Shown here: one piece after another, positions 16,266 through 24,189 of the stretch
Position numbering within the stretch: position 1 is the stretch's first letter
Layout: each line of letters begins with the position of its first letter
NCBI GenBank assembly: GCA_030608245.1
Contig: JAUWEO010000001.1
Location: forward strand, 1-27,660
Length of the DNA stretch: 27,660 bases
From: Candidatus Latescibacterota bacterium
GTDB taxonomy: Bacteria > Latescibacterota > MVCY01
Reading direction: 5' to 3'
Made by a program: the position numbers and the translations under genes
The notes under the pieces: model-generated
Told to the model about the DNA's origin: nothing
Database searches by the model: none
What the model saw: only the letters and a program-made list of their open reading frames with translations

Positions 16266-17257
16266 ATCTTCGTGTCTAAGTTGAAAATGGAATCCTCGAT
16301 CATCTCCCGGGTAACCGGCACTACACCTACCTGCCCCACCACGGCCCCGGCTGCATGGTTTGCCAGAGTAGCCGCTTCTTTCACCGTTGCACCAGCGGCC
16401 ATTGCCACCGTCAGGGTGGCGATCACCGTGTCACCAGCACCAGAGACATCGAAAACCTCTCTTGCTACCGTAGGGATAGAAGCCATACCACCCTCGGTTG
16501 CAAATAACGACATCCCTTTGGAACCCCGGGTGAGCAGGACATACTCGCACTCTAATTGTTCCAGCAATCTGCGGCCTGCCTCCAGAAGCTCCGCCTCTGA
16601 AGCGATCTTGATGCCGAAAGCCGCCTCCACCTCCTCCTGATTGGGCTTGAACAGAGTGACTTTCTTGAAATCAAAGAAATTGTGAAACTTAGGATCAGCG
16701 GTACACGGCTTTCCCTGGATCAAGGGGATAACCTGGGTCAACACACCGCCGGTGATCACCCCCTTGTTGTAATCTTCGATGAGCAAGGCGTCTGCTTGTT
16801 TGATCTGTTCGGCGATAAAATCAACTATGCGACGGGCAATGGAGGCGTCCACAGGACGGGTAATCTCTCTGTCTGCCCTGACCACATGTTGGTGGCGGGC
16901 GATCACTCTGGTTTTAACTGTTGTGGAACGGGAGTGGTCTACAAACACCCCAGCGGTGGATAAATCCATTTGCTCCATCTTTTCCAAAAGCTTCCGACCA
17001 CCGCTGTCTTCTCCAACTACTCCCACCGGGATGGGAATAGCCCCCAGACAGCTTATATTGCGGGCAACATTGGCTGCTCCCCCCAAGCCTGTGGATTCTG
17101 AGGTTACCTCCACTACTGGCACGGGAGCCTCGGGAGAGATCCTTCTCACCTCTCCCCACAGGTATTCATCCAGCATCAGATCTCCCAGAACCAACACCCG
17201 CACAGAATCAAACCGGGAAAAGAGTTCAGTCAATCTCTCACTTGTAAAGTCTGTCAT
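16262..17257 (-). CDS. rfaE1: D-glycero-beta-D-manno-heptose-7-phosphate kinase (HldE/RfaE domain I, stand-alone)
   Basis: VLVLGDLMLDEYLWG...RISPEAPVPVV, GGAANVARN, TTVKTRV, DYNKGV, KPNQEE and VFDVSGAGDTVIA motifs. Confidence 0.93.
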   Translation of the reverse strand: MTDFTSERLTELFSRFDSVRVLVLGDLMLDEYLWGEVRRISPEAPVPVVEVTSESTGLGGAANVARNISCLGAIPIPVGVVGEDSGGRKLLEKMEQMDLSTAGVFVDHSRSTTVKTRVIARHQHVVRADREITRPVDASIARRIVDFIAEQIKQADALLIEDYNKGVITGGVLTQVIPLIQGKPCTADPKFHNFFDFKKVTLFKPNQEEVEAAFGIKIASEAELLEAGRRLLEQLECEYVLLTRGSKGMSLFATEGGMASIPTVAREVFDVSGAGDTVIATLTVAMAAGATVKEAATLANHAAGAVVGQVGVVPVTREMIEDSIFNLDTKI

Positions 17258-17279
17258 AATTTACTCCGAAGATGATACC

Positions 17280-17312
17280 AACCTCCCGCAGGTTTGGAAC
17301 CTGCGGGAGGTT
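17280..17312. repeat. Perfect 15-bp-stem palindrome (REP-like or terminator/stability hairpin)
   Basis: AACCTCCCGCAGGTT-TGG-AACCTGCGGGAGGTT. Confidence 0.8.
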
Positions 17313-17337
17313 CTGGACGCTGTTTTCATCTTTCGTG

Positions 17338-17356
17338 ATGCCGACCCCGTCGGCAT
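17338..17356. repeat. Second short palindrome in the same intergenic gap
   Basis: ATGCCGAC-CCC-GTCGGCAT. Confidence 0.5.
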
Positions 17357-17381
17357 GAGCGTTTACGAGCGGATCAAATAC

Positions 17382-18341
17382 TCATTCATTAAGTTGAGCC
17401 AAGGTGGGCAAGGCAGGGATAGCGCCTTTCCGGGTGGTGGTGATCGCCCCTGCTTTGTTGGCTAACTCCAGAATCCCGCGCATCTTTTCCAGGGGAACCT
17501 GTTCCAATCCCTCTCCTTCTGGGAGGCAATCTAACAATTTCCAAAGCAGAGCAGCCGCGAAGGCATCACCGGCTCCGGTGGTATCTATGGCTTCTACCTT
17601 GACTCCATCTACTTTCAGTTGTGCTTTCTTGTCAGAGAAAAAGCATCCCTCTTTTCCTAAGGTTACCACCACCATTAGCGGTCCTGCTTGCCGGAGTCTG
17701 TTGCTTCCCTCCAGTAAATCTTCTGTATCGGTAAGAAACGCAAGCTCTTCCTCGTTCACCTTCACAATGTGAGCCAGAGGAAGCGTCTTCTCTATCTCTC
17801 TTCTGGCCTGTTCGGGGTTTTCCCAAAGGTTGAGCCGGAGGTTAGGATCGTAGGAGACGACCAGATCGTGGCGATTTGCGTATTCAATTGCCTTCAGGGT
17901 GGCAGAACGGGAAGGCTCAGAGATGAGGGAGATAGAGCCGAAGTGGAAGATCCGGGCACTGCCGAGATAATTTTCGTCTATCTCTTTTGGATTCAGGAGT
18001 ATATCGGCGCTGGGATGGCGATAGAAAGAGAAGCTTCTTTCGCCATCTGAGCGAAGGGAAACGAAGGCTAAGGCGGTACGGGCACTTTTTTCAAAGAGCA
18101 GCTGAGAGGTATCTACCCCATTGCTGGCTAAGGTTTCTTGGAGAAAATGACCAAAGGGATCATCGCCGACCTTGCCGATAAACCCAGCATCCACGCCCAA
18201 TTTACCCAGAGCAGCAGCCAGATTAGCTGGAGCCCCACCGGCTGCCCTCAGAAACCCCGGGGCATCCTTTACCTCCACTCCGGTCTGCAGGGAGACAAAA
18301 TCGATCAGGGCCTCTCCTAAGCTGATAATCTGGGGCATCAA
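17382..18341 (-). CDS. PfkB-family carbohydrate kinase (fructokinase-like)
   Basis: GEALIDF, AGGAPANLAAALGKLG, GKVGDDPFG, YDPNLR, KVNEEE, TLGKEG and IDTTGAGDAF signatures; AAGGAG RBS. Confidence 0.92.
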   Translation of the reverse strand: MMPQIISLGEALIDFVSLQTGVEVKDAPGFLRAAGGAPANLAAALGKLGVDAGFIGKVGDDPFGHFLQETLASNGVDTSQLLFEKSARTALAFVSLRSDGERSFSFYRHPSADILLNPKEIDENYLGSARIFHFGSISLISEPSRSATLKAIEYANRHDLVVSYDPNLRLNLWENPEQARREIEKTLPLAHIVKVNEEELAFLTDTEDLLEGSNRLRQAGPLMVVVTLGKEGCFFSDKKAQLKVDGVKVEAIDTTGAGDAFAAALLWKLLDCLPEGEGLEQVPLEKMRGILELANKAGAITTTRKGAIPALPTLAQLNE

Positions 18342-18404
18342 ATCTCCTTAGAGGATTAAAATTTAAGCAATTAAGTTAGGAATTTCTTGTTCGAGAGTTT
18401 CAAT

Positions 18405-18434
18405 AATATAACCCACCCAGGGAGTTTTTGTCAA
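18405..18434 (-). promoter_or_regulatory. Sigma70-type promoter for the pfkB-rfaE1 cluster
   Basis: TTGACA (18434-18429), 18 nt, TATATT (18410-18405). Confidence 0.55.
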
Positions 18435-18533
18435 GCCTTATTTGTAACTTCAAGAAAATCCCAATAGTGGTAAACGCGACCAGGTAGATTCTCTCTTTTC
18501 CCAAAAAAAATTCATCAGAGAGCGATTTTTTTC

Positions 18534-18562
18534 TTGCGGAACAGAGAAAGGTGCATTATATT
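18534..18562 (+). promoter_or_regulatory. Putative sigma70-type promoter for rex
   Basis: TTGCGG (18534-18539), 17 nt, TATATT (18557-18562); same -10 hexamer as two other promoters in the window. Confidence 0.45.
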
Positions 18563-18623
18563 TGACGAAACGTTTTTCAGCAGCCGATTGGCACCCTTAT
18601 TAGTTGTTGATTTTACTGCATAA

Positions 18624-19259
18624 ATGGGGAGTTGGAGAGAAAAAGGTAGATTTCCGGATAGGGTAGTTAGTAGGTTTTCTCTCTATCTGCGATACCTCAA
18701 GCAAGTAGGACAAGAGGGTGTTTACTTAGTTACCTCCTCTCAAATAGCCCAGGCGTTGCATCTGACTGCTCCGCAGGTGCGTCGTGATCTTTCTTATTTA
18801 GGACAATTTGGGTTAGCCGGCGTAGGATATAATGTAAAGAAGCTCGCTTCCACTTTGGAGAAGGTTTTAGGGTTGAACAAAGAATGGCCGGTGGTTCTGG
18901 TGGGAGCAGGTAATCTGGGAGCGGCCCTGTTTTCGTACTCGGGATTTAGAAGACGAGGATTTAAGATCGTTGCCATCTTTGACAAAGATCCTAAAAAGGC
19001 CGGCACCAGATGGGCTAATGTGGCGATATTAGATATAGATCGTCTGCCCGAGACAATAAAGCAAAAAGATGTAAAGATAGGAGTTATTGCCGTGCCCCAG
19101 TATGCAGCGCAGGAGGTGGCAGATCGACTTGTTGGCTCGGGAGTCAAGGCTATTCTCAATTTCTCCCCCTGCAAAATAGAAGTTCCCGACGATGTGAAGC
19201 TGCAAGATGTGGATGTGACCACTGAGCTGGAAACCCTCAGTTGGTTTCTCAGCCAGTGA
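18624..19259 (+). CDS. rex: Redox-sensing transcriptional repressor Rex
   Basis: RFSLYLRYL, SSQIA, QVRRDLSYLGQFG..GVGYNV winged helix; Rossmann VLVGAGNLGAAL; AQEVAD, AILNFSP. Confidence 0.96.
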   Translation: MGSWREKGRFPDRVVSRFSLYLRYLKQVGQEGVYLVTSSQIAQALHLTAPQVRRDLSYLGQFGLAGVGYNVKKLASTLEKVLGLNKEWPVVLVGAGNLGAALFSYSGFRRRGFKIVAIFDKDPKKAGTRWANVAILDIDRLPETIKQKDVKIGVIAVPQYAAQEVADRLVGSGVKAILNFSPCKIEVPDDVKLQDVDVTTELETLSWFLSQ

Positions 19260-19275
19260 TAATTTTTGAGATATT

Positions 19276-19293
19276 TTGTGAAACTTTTCACGA
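19276..19293. promoter_or_regulatory. Rex operator
   Basis: TTGTGAA-ACTT-TTCACGA, one mismatch to the Rex consensus TTGTGAA-N4-TTCACAA; 17 nt after the rex stop and 80 nt before the next gene. Confidence 0.85.
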
Positions 19294-19373
19294 AATAGAG
19301 TATAAGTTGTTATCTTCGCTGTGTAAGGTTAAATACAAAAGACAGGTGGTTCCAAGTCACAAGTAGCGTTTAT

Positions 19374-20396
19374 ATGAATTATATCTCTAAAAACAATCTT
19401 GTCCAGCTACTGGAGATTCTCAAGAAAGATTACCAAGTCTATTTGCCCGTTAAGAAGGGCGAGCAGCGTTTTTATGACAGATATACCACATTCACAGATG
19501 ACATTGTCATTGGTGAGATAAGACCGTTTGAGCCTCTGAAGGCCTTTTTCACACCTGCAAGAGAGATAGTCGCCGAAGATTTCAAACCCGATATCCCTCA
19601 TTCTCATGATAAACCTTTTGCCATTGTGGGCGTAAAGGCCTGCGATTTAAAGGGGTTCAAAGTTCAGGATTATGTATTCAAAGATCACGATTACCAAGAC
19701 CCCTTCTATATGAAGCTACGCGAAGAAAACCTCATCATATCTGCAGACTGTACCTGCACCATAGATACATGCTTTTGTCTCTCCCTGGATGTTAAACCCT
19801 ACCCCCAAGAAAATTTCGATATTAATCTTTCTCAAGTAACAGAAGGCTATATTGTCGATGTCGGCTCTCCCAGAGGCCAGACGCTCGTTGAGAAGAATTC
19901 TTCCCTTTTTGAAGATGTCAAGGAGAAATTGATTTCTGAAAGAGAAGAGCAGAGAGCGAGGGTTGCCGGAGAGGTAGAAGAGAATATTGAAAAGAATGAT
20001 ATTCCCCATCAAGATGCGCTCAACGGTGCCATAGAAAAGAAATTTGAATCTGACATTTGGAAAAATGAGGCAGAAACTTGCGTCGAATGCGGGGCGTGTA
20101 ATGCTATCTGCCCCACCTGCCACTGTTTTCTGTTGTATGACCAGAAGGACGAAGAACACATGGCGCGGTTGCGTATCTGGGATTCATGTATGATAAAGGA
20201 CTTTGCCAGGGTTGCGGGAGGTGCCAACCCTCGTCCAGAATTGTGGATGAGATTGAGAAACAGGTTTGAGAAGAAATTTGATTTCTTTCCCAAGGTAGCT
20301 GACGTATATGCCTGCACTGGCTGTGGACGCTGCATCTTGGCCTGCCCAGCAAAGATTGATATAAGAGAAGTATTGAAGAAATTAACTGAGAGATAA
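19374..20396 (+). CDS. 4Fe-4S dicluster protein, sulfhydrogenase beta subunit / AsrA / FlxB-like
   Basis: GVKACDL, DCTCTIDTCFC, CVECGACNAICPTCHC, WDSC, RVAGGANPR, RLRNRFEKKF and CTGCGRCILACPAKIDI motifs. Confidence 0.88.
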   Translation: MNYISKNNLVQLLEILKKDYQVYLPVKKGEQRFYDRYTTFTDDIVIGEIRPFEPLKAFFTPAREIVAEDFKPDIPHSHDKPFAIVGVKACDLKGFKVQDYVFKDHDYQDPFYMKLREENLIISADCTCTIDTCFCLSLDVKPYPQENFDINLSQVTEGYIVDVGSPRGQTLVEKNSSLFEDVKEKLISEREEQRARVAGEVEENIEKNDIPHQDALNGAIEKKFESDIWKNEAETCVECGACNAICPTCHCFLLYDQKDEEHMARLRIWDSCMIKDFARVAGGANPRPELWMRLRNRFEKKFDFFPKVADVYACTGCGRCILACPAKIDIREVLKKLTER

Positions 20397-20425
20397 GTAA
20401 CAGAAAGTATGGAGATAACATAAAG

Positions 20426-20944
20426 ATGTCTATAAAAAATAGAGCTAAGAGTTTTCTTTATCTCTTTCTATTCCTGGTTTTAATATGGCTGTGCCTCACT
20501 TCGACTTTTAACAGGCAGGAGCTGTTTAGTGGTATTTTTATAAGTCTTGTTTTAGCCTTGTTTTTTAATGAATCCTATCTCAGATTAGGGCTTCCTCCTT
20601 TGACCTTGAAAAGGTTTGCCTTTTTCATTGTCTATGTGATTGTCCTTTTAAAGGAAATAATAAAAGCCAACTTTGATGTCGCCTACCGGATTATTCATCC
20701 CAAGATGCCCATAAAACCTGGGATTGTGCTCATCAAAACTGAACTTAAGTCTGACATCGCGAAAATGATTCTGGCCAATTCTATTACTTTGACGCCGGGA
20801 ACATTTACTCTGGATATTCTGAGGGATAAGATTCTTGTGCATTGGATAAATGTGAAGACAGAAGATATAGATGAGGCCACAAAAATCATAGGGGAAAGGT
20901 TCGAGAGATATCTGAGGGTGATATTCGCCCGAAATCTACATTAG
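20426..20944 (+). CDS. mnhE: Mrp/Mnh subunit E (MbxA/MbsA-like)
   Basis: EIIKANFDVA...PGIV...LANSITLTPGT...VHW motifs. Confidence 0.92.
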   Translation: MSIKNRAKSFLYLFLFLVLIWLCLTSTFNRQELFSGIFISLVLALFFNESYLRLGLPPLTLKRFAFFIVYVIVLLKEIIKANFDVAYRIIHPKMPIKPGIVLIKTELKSDIAKMILANSITLTPGTFTLDILRDKILVHWINVKTEDIDEATKIIGERFERYLRVIFARNLH

Positions 20945-20978
20945 CCAAATGAAAATAAGATTACTGGAGGTGTGAGTC

Positions 20979-22325
20979 ATGCAGAGGAGAATCGTTGTGG
21001 TAGGTGGAGGGCCTGGTGGTATCACTGCAGGCATCACGGCAAGAAGGTACCATCCGGAGGCCGAGATTACCCTTATTCGTCGAGAGGAAAAGGTTTTAGT
21101 CCCATGCGGTATACCCTATATCTTCGGCACGCTTGGTTCCCCGGAGAAGAATCTGATTCCTGATACCGCGCTTTCGAACAACGACATTGATCTGATTGTG
21201 GATGAGGTCACTTCTATAAACAAGGCTGCCAAGACCCTCACCACAATTAATCATGAGACCCTCAGTTACGACAGGATGGTCATGGCGACGGGTTCCTTGC
21301 CTTTAGTTCCCCCATTGCCCGGTGTTGATCTGGGTAACGTCTTTACCGCAAAGAAGGATATGGAATACCTGCAGAAATTGTCACAGGCCTTGGATAAAGC
21401 CGAGGATGTCGCTGTCATCGGTGGAGGTTTCATCGGATTAGAATTTGCCGATGAGTTTAATAAAAGGGGTAACTTAAATGTAACAGTGGTGGAACTTCTC
21501 CCTCGCTGTTTACTTCTGGCCTGCGACGAAGAGATATGTACCCGTGTGGAGAAAAAGCTGTCTGAGAGAGGCATAAAGATTCTGTCTGGCAGAAAAGCGA
21601 AAGCCCTGCTGGGTGAGGAAAGTGTTCAATACGTGGAACTGGAGAATGGTCAAAAACTTAAAGCAGATCTGGTGATTTTGGGGATAGGGGTAAGACCCAA
21701 TGTTGAGCTTGCCTTAAATAGCGGGTTAGAGGTTGACGAAAAAGATGGTATACAGGTTGACGGTTTTATGAGGACGAGTGATGAGAACATCTTTGCAGCC
21801 GGTGATTGTACAGCAAAGAGATGTTATCTCAGTGGTTCACCCATAGCTGTTAGATTAGCCTCAATGGGCACTACTGAAGCCAGGATAGCTGGAGCAAACC
21901 TGTTTGGGATTCGGCGGAGGGTTGAGTGTGCTATAGGTATATTTTCCACCTGTTTCGGTGACCTTGCTGTGGGGTCTGCGGGGCTGACCGAAAGAGCGGC
22001 AAAGGAGATGGGCATAGATGTTGTAGTGGGCGAAGCCGCCGCTCCGGATAAACATCCTGGTGGTATACCTGGCGCCAAGGAGTTAGGCATAAAGCTGATA
22101 TTTGAGAGGGATACCGGCTTACTTATAGGTGGACAGGTCTACGGTGGAGCGACAGTCGGTGAGAAAATAAATTTCATTGGTGCTCTTATCCAGCATAAGA
22201 TGAGAGCAGATGAGGTGTGTACTTTTCAGATGGGAACGCACCCTATGCTCACTGCCTCACCAATGGCTTATCAGCTTGTAAATGCCGCTCAATTTGCCGT
22301 AGCGAAACTGAGGAAAGCGAAATAA
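20979..22325 (+). CDS. FAD-dependent pyridine nucleotide-disulfide oxidoreductase (CoA-disulfide reductase / NADH oxidase / NSR family)
   Basis: VVVGGGPGG FAD-binding motif; single redox-Cys motif PCGIPY (C43); ATGS; VIGGGFIGLE NAD(P)H-binding motif; IFAAGDC; C-terminal dimerisation domain; GGAGGTG SD. Confidence 0.9.
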   Translation: MQRRIVVVGGGPGGITAGITARRYHPEAEITLIRREEKVLVPCGIPYIFGTLGSPEKNLIPDTALSNNDIDLIVDEVTSINKAAKTLTTINHETLSYDRMVMATGSLPLVPPLPGVDLGNVFTAKKDMEYLQKLSQALDKAEDVAVIGGGFIGLEFADEFNKRGNLNVTVVELLPRCLLLACDEEICTRVEKKLSERGIKILSGRKAKALLGEESVQYVELENGQKLKADLVILGIGVRPNVELALNSGLEVDEKDGIQVDGFMRTSDENIFAAGDCTAKRCYLSGSPIAVRLASMGTTEARIAGANLFGIRRRVECAIGIFSTCFGDLAVGSAGLTERAAKEMGIDVVVGEAAAPDKHPGGIPGAKELGIKLIFERDTGLLIGGQVYGGATVGEKINFIGALIQHKMRADEVCTFQMGTHPMLTASPMAYQLVNAAQFAVAKLRKAK

Positions 22326-22326
22326 G

Positions 22327-22584
22327 ATGAATGGAACGCTGATCATTTTTCTTGCCATCATAGGGGCAGGTCTCATCCTGTGTTTTTTGCGTATGTTGAA
22401 AGGTCCTACTGCTTCGGATAGAGCGGTGGCGGTGGATACGGTTACCACAACTATCGTCGCTTTACTCGTTCTGTTAGGCTTTATCTTCGAGAGATATGTT
22501 TACTTGGATGTTTCTTTGGTTTATTCCATGATATCTTTTGTCGGATTAGTCGCTCTGGCCAGATTTCTGGAAAGGGGAATTTAA
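22327..22584 (+). CDS. mnhF: Mrp/Mnh subunit F (MbxB-like)
   Basis: RMLKGPTASDRAVAVD, YLDVSLVY, SFVG..ALARFL motifs. Confidence 0.92.
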   Translation: MNGTLIIFLAIIGAGLILCFLRMLKGPTASDRAVAVDTVTTTIVALLVLLGFIFERYVYLDVSLVYSMISFVGLVALARFLERGI

Positions 22585-22917
22585 ATGCATTTATTTGGGG
22601 TAATTATTACCGGAATTGGAACTATATTTCTCTTTTTAGGAAATCTTGGAATACTTAGATTGCCTGATGTATATAACCGGGTTCAGGCAGGAACAAAATG
22701 CACTACCCTGGGAGCTTTTCTCACCATTATCGGAGTGGGGATAATGCAGCCAGCTTGGTTCTGGAAAGCTTTACTTATTGCTGTATTTATTCTTGTAACC
22801 AATCCCATCCCGAGCCACGCCATAGCCAGAGCTTCTCGTAAGAGTGGAGTCCCCTTGTGTGATAGAAGTGTGGTGGATAAGACCAGAGAATTTGAGGAAT
22901 ATGAGGAGAAAGGATGA
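22585..22917 (+). CDS. mnhG: Mrp/Mnh subunit G (MbxC-like)
   Basis: GILRLPDVYNRVQAGTKCTTLG and TNPIPSHAIARA motifs. Confidence 0.92.
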   Translation: MHLFGVIITGIGTIFLFLGNLGILRLPDVYNRVQAGTKCTTLGAFLTIIGVGIMQPAWFWKALLIAVFILVTNPIPSHAIARASRKSGVPLCDRSVVDKTREFEEYEEKG

Positions 22918-23150
22918 TTTTTGTTTTCCTTTTGGTGCTTTTGATGCTTATAGCAGCAATTGCCGCCTCTATTTTTAAGGATCTGATAAGCGCTGTCATT
23001 GCTGCGGCTTTGGTTAGTCTGATAGCAGCTATCCTTTTTTATCTCCTTCAAGCACCGGATGTAGCCATGGCGGAAGCAGCTATCGGGGCAGCACTGGTTA
23101 CCGTTGTGTTTATTATCGCCATAAGAAGAACAAAGAGGTTCGAGGAATGA
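22914..23150 (+). CDS. DUF4040 / MbxD-like small membrane subunit
   Basis: KDLISAVI, LQAPDVAMAEAAIGAAL motif; ATGA overlap with mnhG. Confidence 0.88.
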   Translation: MIFVFLLVLLMLIAAIAASIFKDLISAVIAAALVSLIAAILFYLLQAPDVAMAEAAIGAALVTVVFIIAIRRTKRFEE

Positions 23151-23833
23151 GAAGGATAATTAGTATCCTCTTATTAGGGATAATAGCCTTAGGCATCACC
23201 CTATCCCTGGCGAAGATTCCTTTTGGCACGCCTAAGACAAAAGTAGGCAGATACTATATTGATAAAGGGGTCGAAGAAACTGGGGCTACCAATATTGTCA
23301 CTTCCGTGGTGGTGAATTATCGTGCTTTTGATACCTTAGGTGAGGTTACGGTCTTATTTATCGCGGCTATTGGTTTGGGTGCAGTGCTGACGACTGGCAG
23401 AAGAAAAAAACCTGAGAGAAAAATAGAGCCAGCCAGTTTAGTTCTCTATACCGGCTGCAGATTTCTGTTTCCGCTTATTCTTCTTTTTGGTGCTTATATC
23501 TTTGTCCATGGTCATCTTACCCCTGGGGGAGGATTTCAAGGGGGGGCAATCGTCGCCTCTGCCTTTGTTTTGACTTATTTGGGTTGCCGGGAAAGAAGGA
23601 TAAGTGAGAGAGGGAGTAAACTTGCAGAATCTTTGGGGGGATTGATCTTTGTAATAGTGGGACTGGTTGGTTTAGCCGTGGGCGGCTATTTTTTGATGAA
23701 TTTTCTCCCTAAGGGGATCCCCAATTTTCTTTTTAGTGCGGGCATTATCCCTATTCTCTATATTGTTATTGGAGTTAAGGTGGGTTCAGAGTTGGCCGGT
23801 ATTATTGATAACCTGATAGAGGAAAGCGAATGA
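23147..23833 (+). CDS. mnhB: MnhB-domain subunit (fused MbxE+MbxF-like)
   Basis: GATNIVTSVVVNYRAFDTLGEVTVLF in the N-half and HGHLTPGGGFQGG in the C-half. Confidence 0.9.
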   Translation: MRRIISILLLGIIALGITLSLAKIPFGTPKTKVGRYYIDKGVEETGATNIVTSVVVNYRAFDTLGEVTVLFIAAIGLGAVLTTGRRKKPERKIEPASLVLYTGCRFLFPLILLFGAYIFVHGHLTPGGGFQGGAIVASAFVLTYLGCRERRISERGSKLAESLGGLIFVIVGLVGLAVGGYFLMNFLPKGIPNFLFSAGIIPILYIVIGVKVGSELAGIIDNLIEESE

Positions 23834-24189
23834 GTTTTCTGAATCACTACATTTATTATATCGGTGCCTTTGGACTCATATTCATCGGGCTTTATATCGT
23901 CCTGGTTAAGCATAACCTTATCAAGGTTATTATCGGCCTTAGCATTATGGAGACCGGGGTAAATTTATTTCTTATCTCCATTGGGTATATTAAGGGGGGA
24001 ACGGCTCCCATCTTCTCAACACCTGAAATAGAGGCCGCCCGTATGGTCGACCCCGTACCCCAGGCGCTGGTACTGACGGCTATTGTTATCGGAGTGGCAG
24101 TCTTAGCGTTGGCCCTTTCCTTGGCTATTAGGTTATATCAGCATTATGGCACACTTAATCTTCGTAAGATAAAGGAACAAAGATGGTAA
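23830..24189 (+). CDS. mnhC: Mrp/Mnh subunit C (MbxG-like)
   Basis: NLIKVIIGLSIMETGVNL and DPVPQALVLTAIVIG motifs. Confidence 0.93.
   Translation: MSFLNHYIYYIGAFGLIFIGLYIVLVKHNLIKVIIGLSIMETGVNLFLISIGYIKGGTAPIFSTPEIEAARMVDPVPQALVLTAIVIGVAVLALALSLAIRLYQHYGTLNLRKIKEQRW

Noticed and set aside
16262-17257. Stand-alone heptose kinase without the adenylyltransferase half
   Set aside because: Split rfaE1/rfaE2 organisation is widespread and not novel.
16779-17465. 228-aa plus-strand ORF
   Set aside because: Antisense shadow of rfaE1/pfkB with Ser/Thr/Pro-rich composition and no motifs or RBS.
18794-19291. 165-aa minus-strand ORF
   Set aside because: Antisense shadow of rex.
19343-19360. Possible second Rex site (reverse complement TTGTGACTTGGAACCACC)
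   Set aside because: Only one half-site matches; too weak to call.
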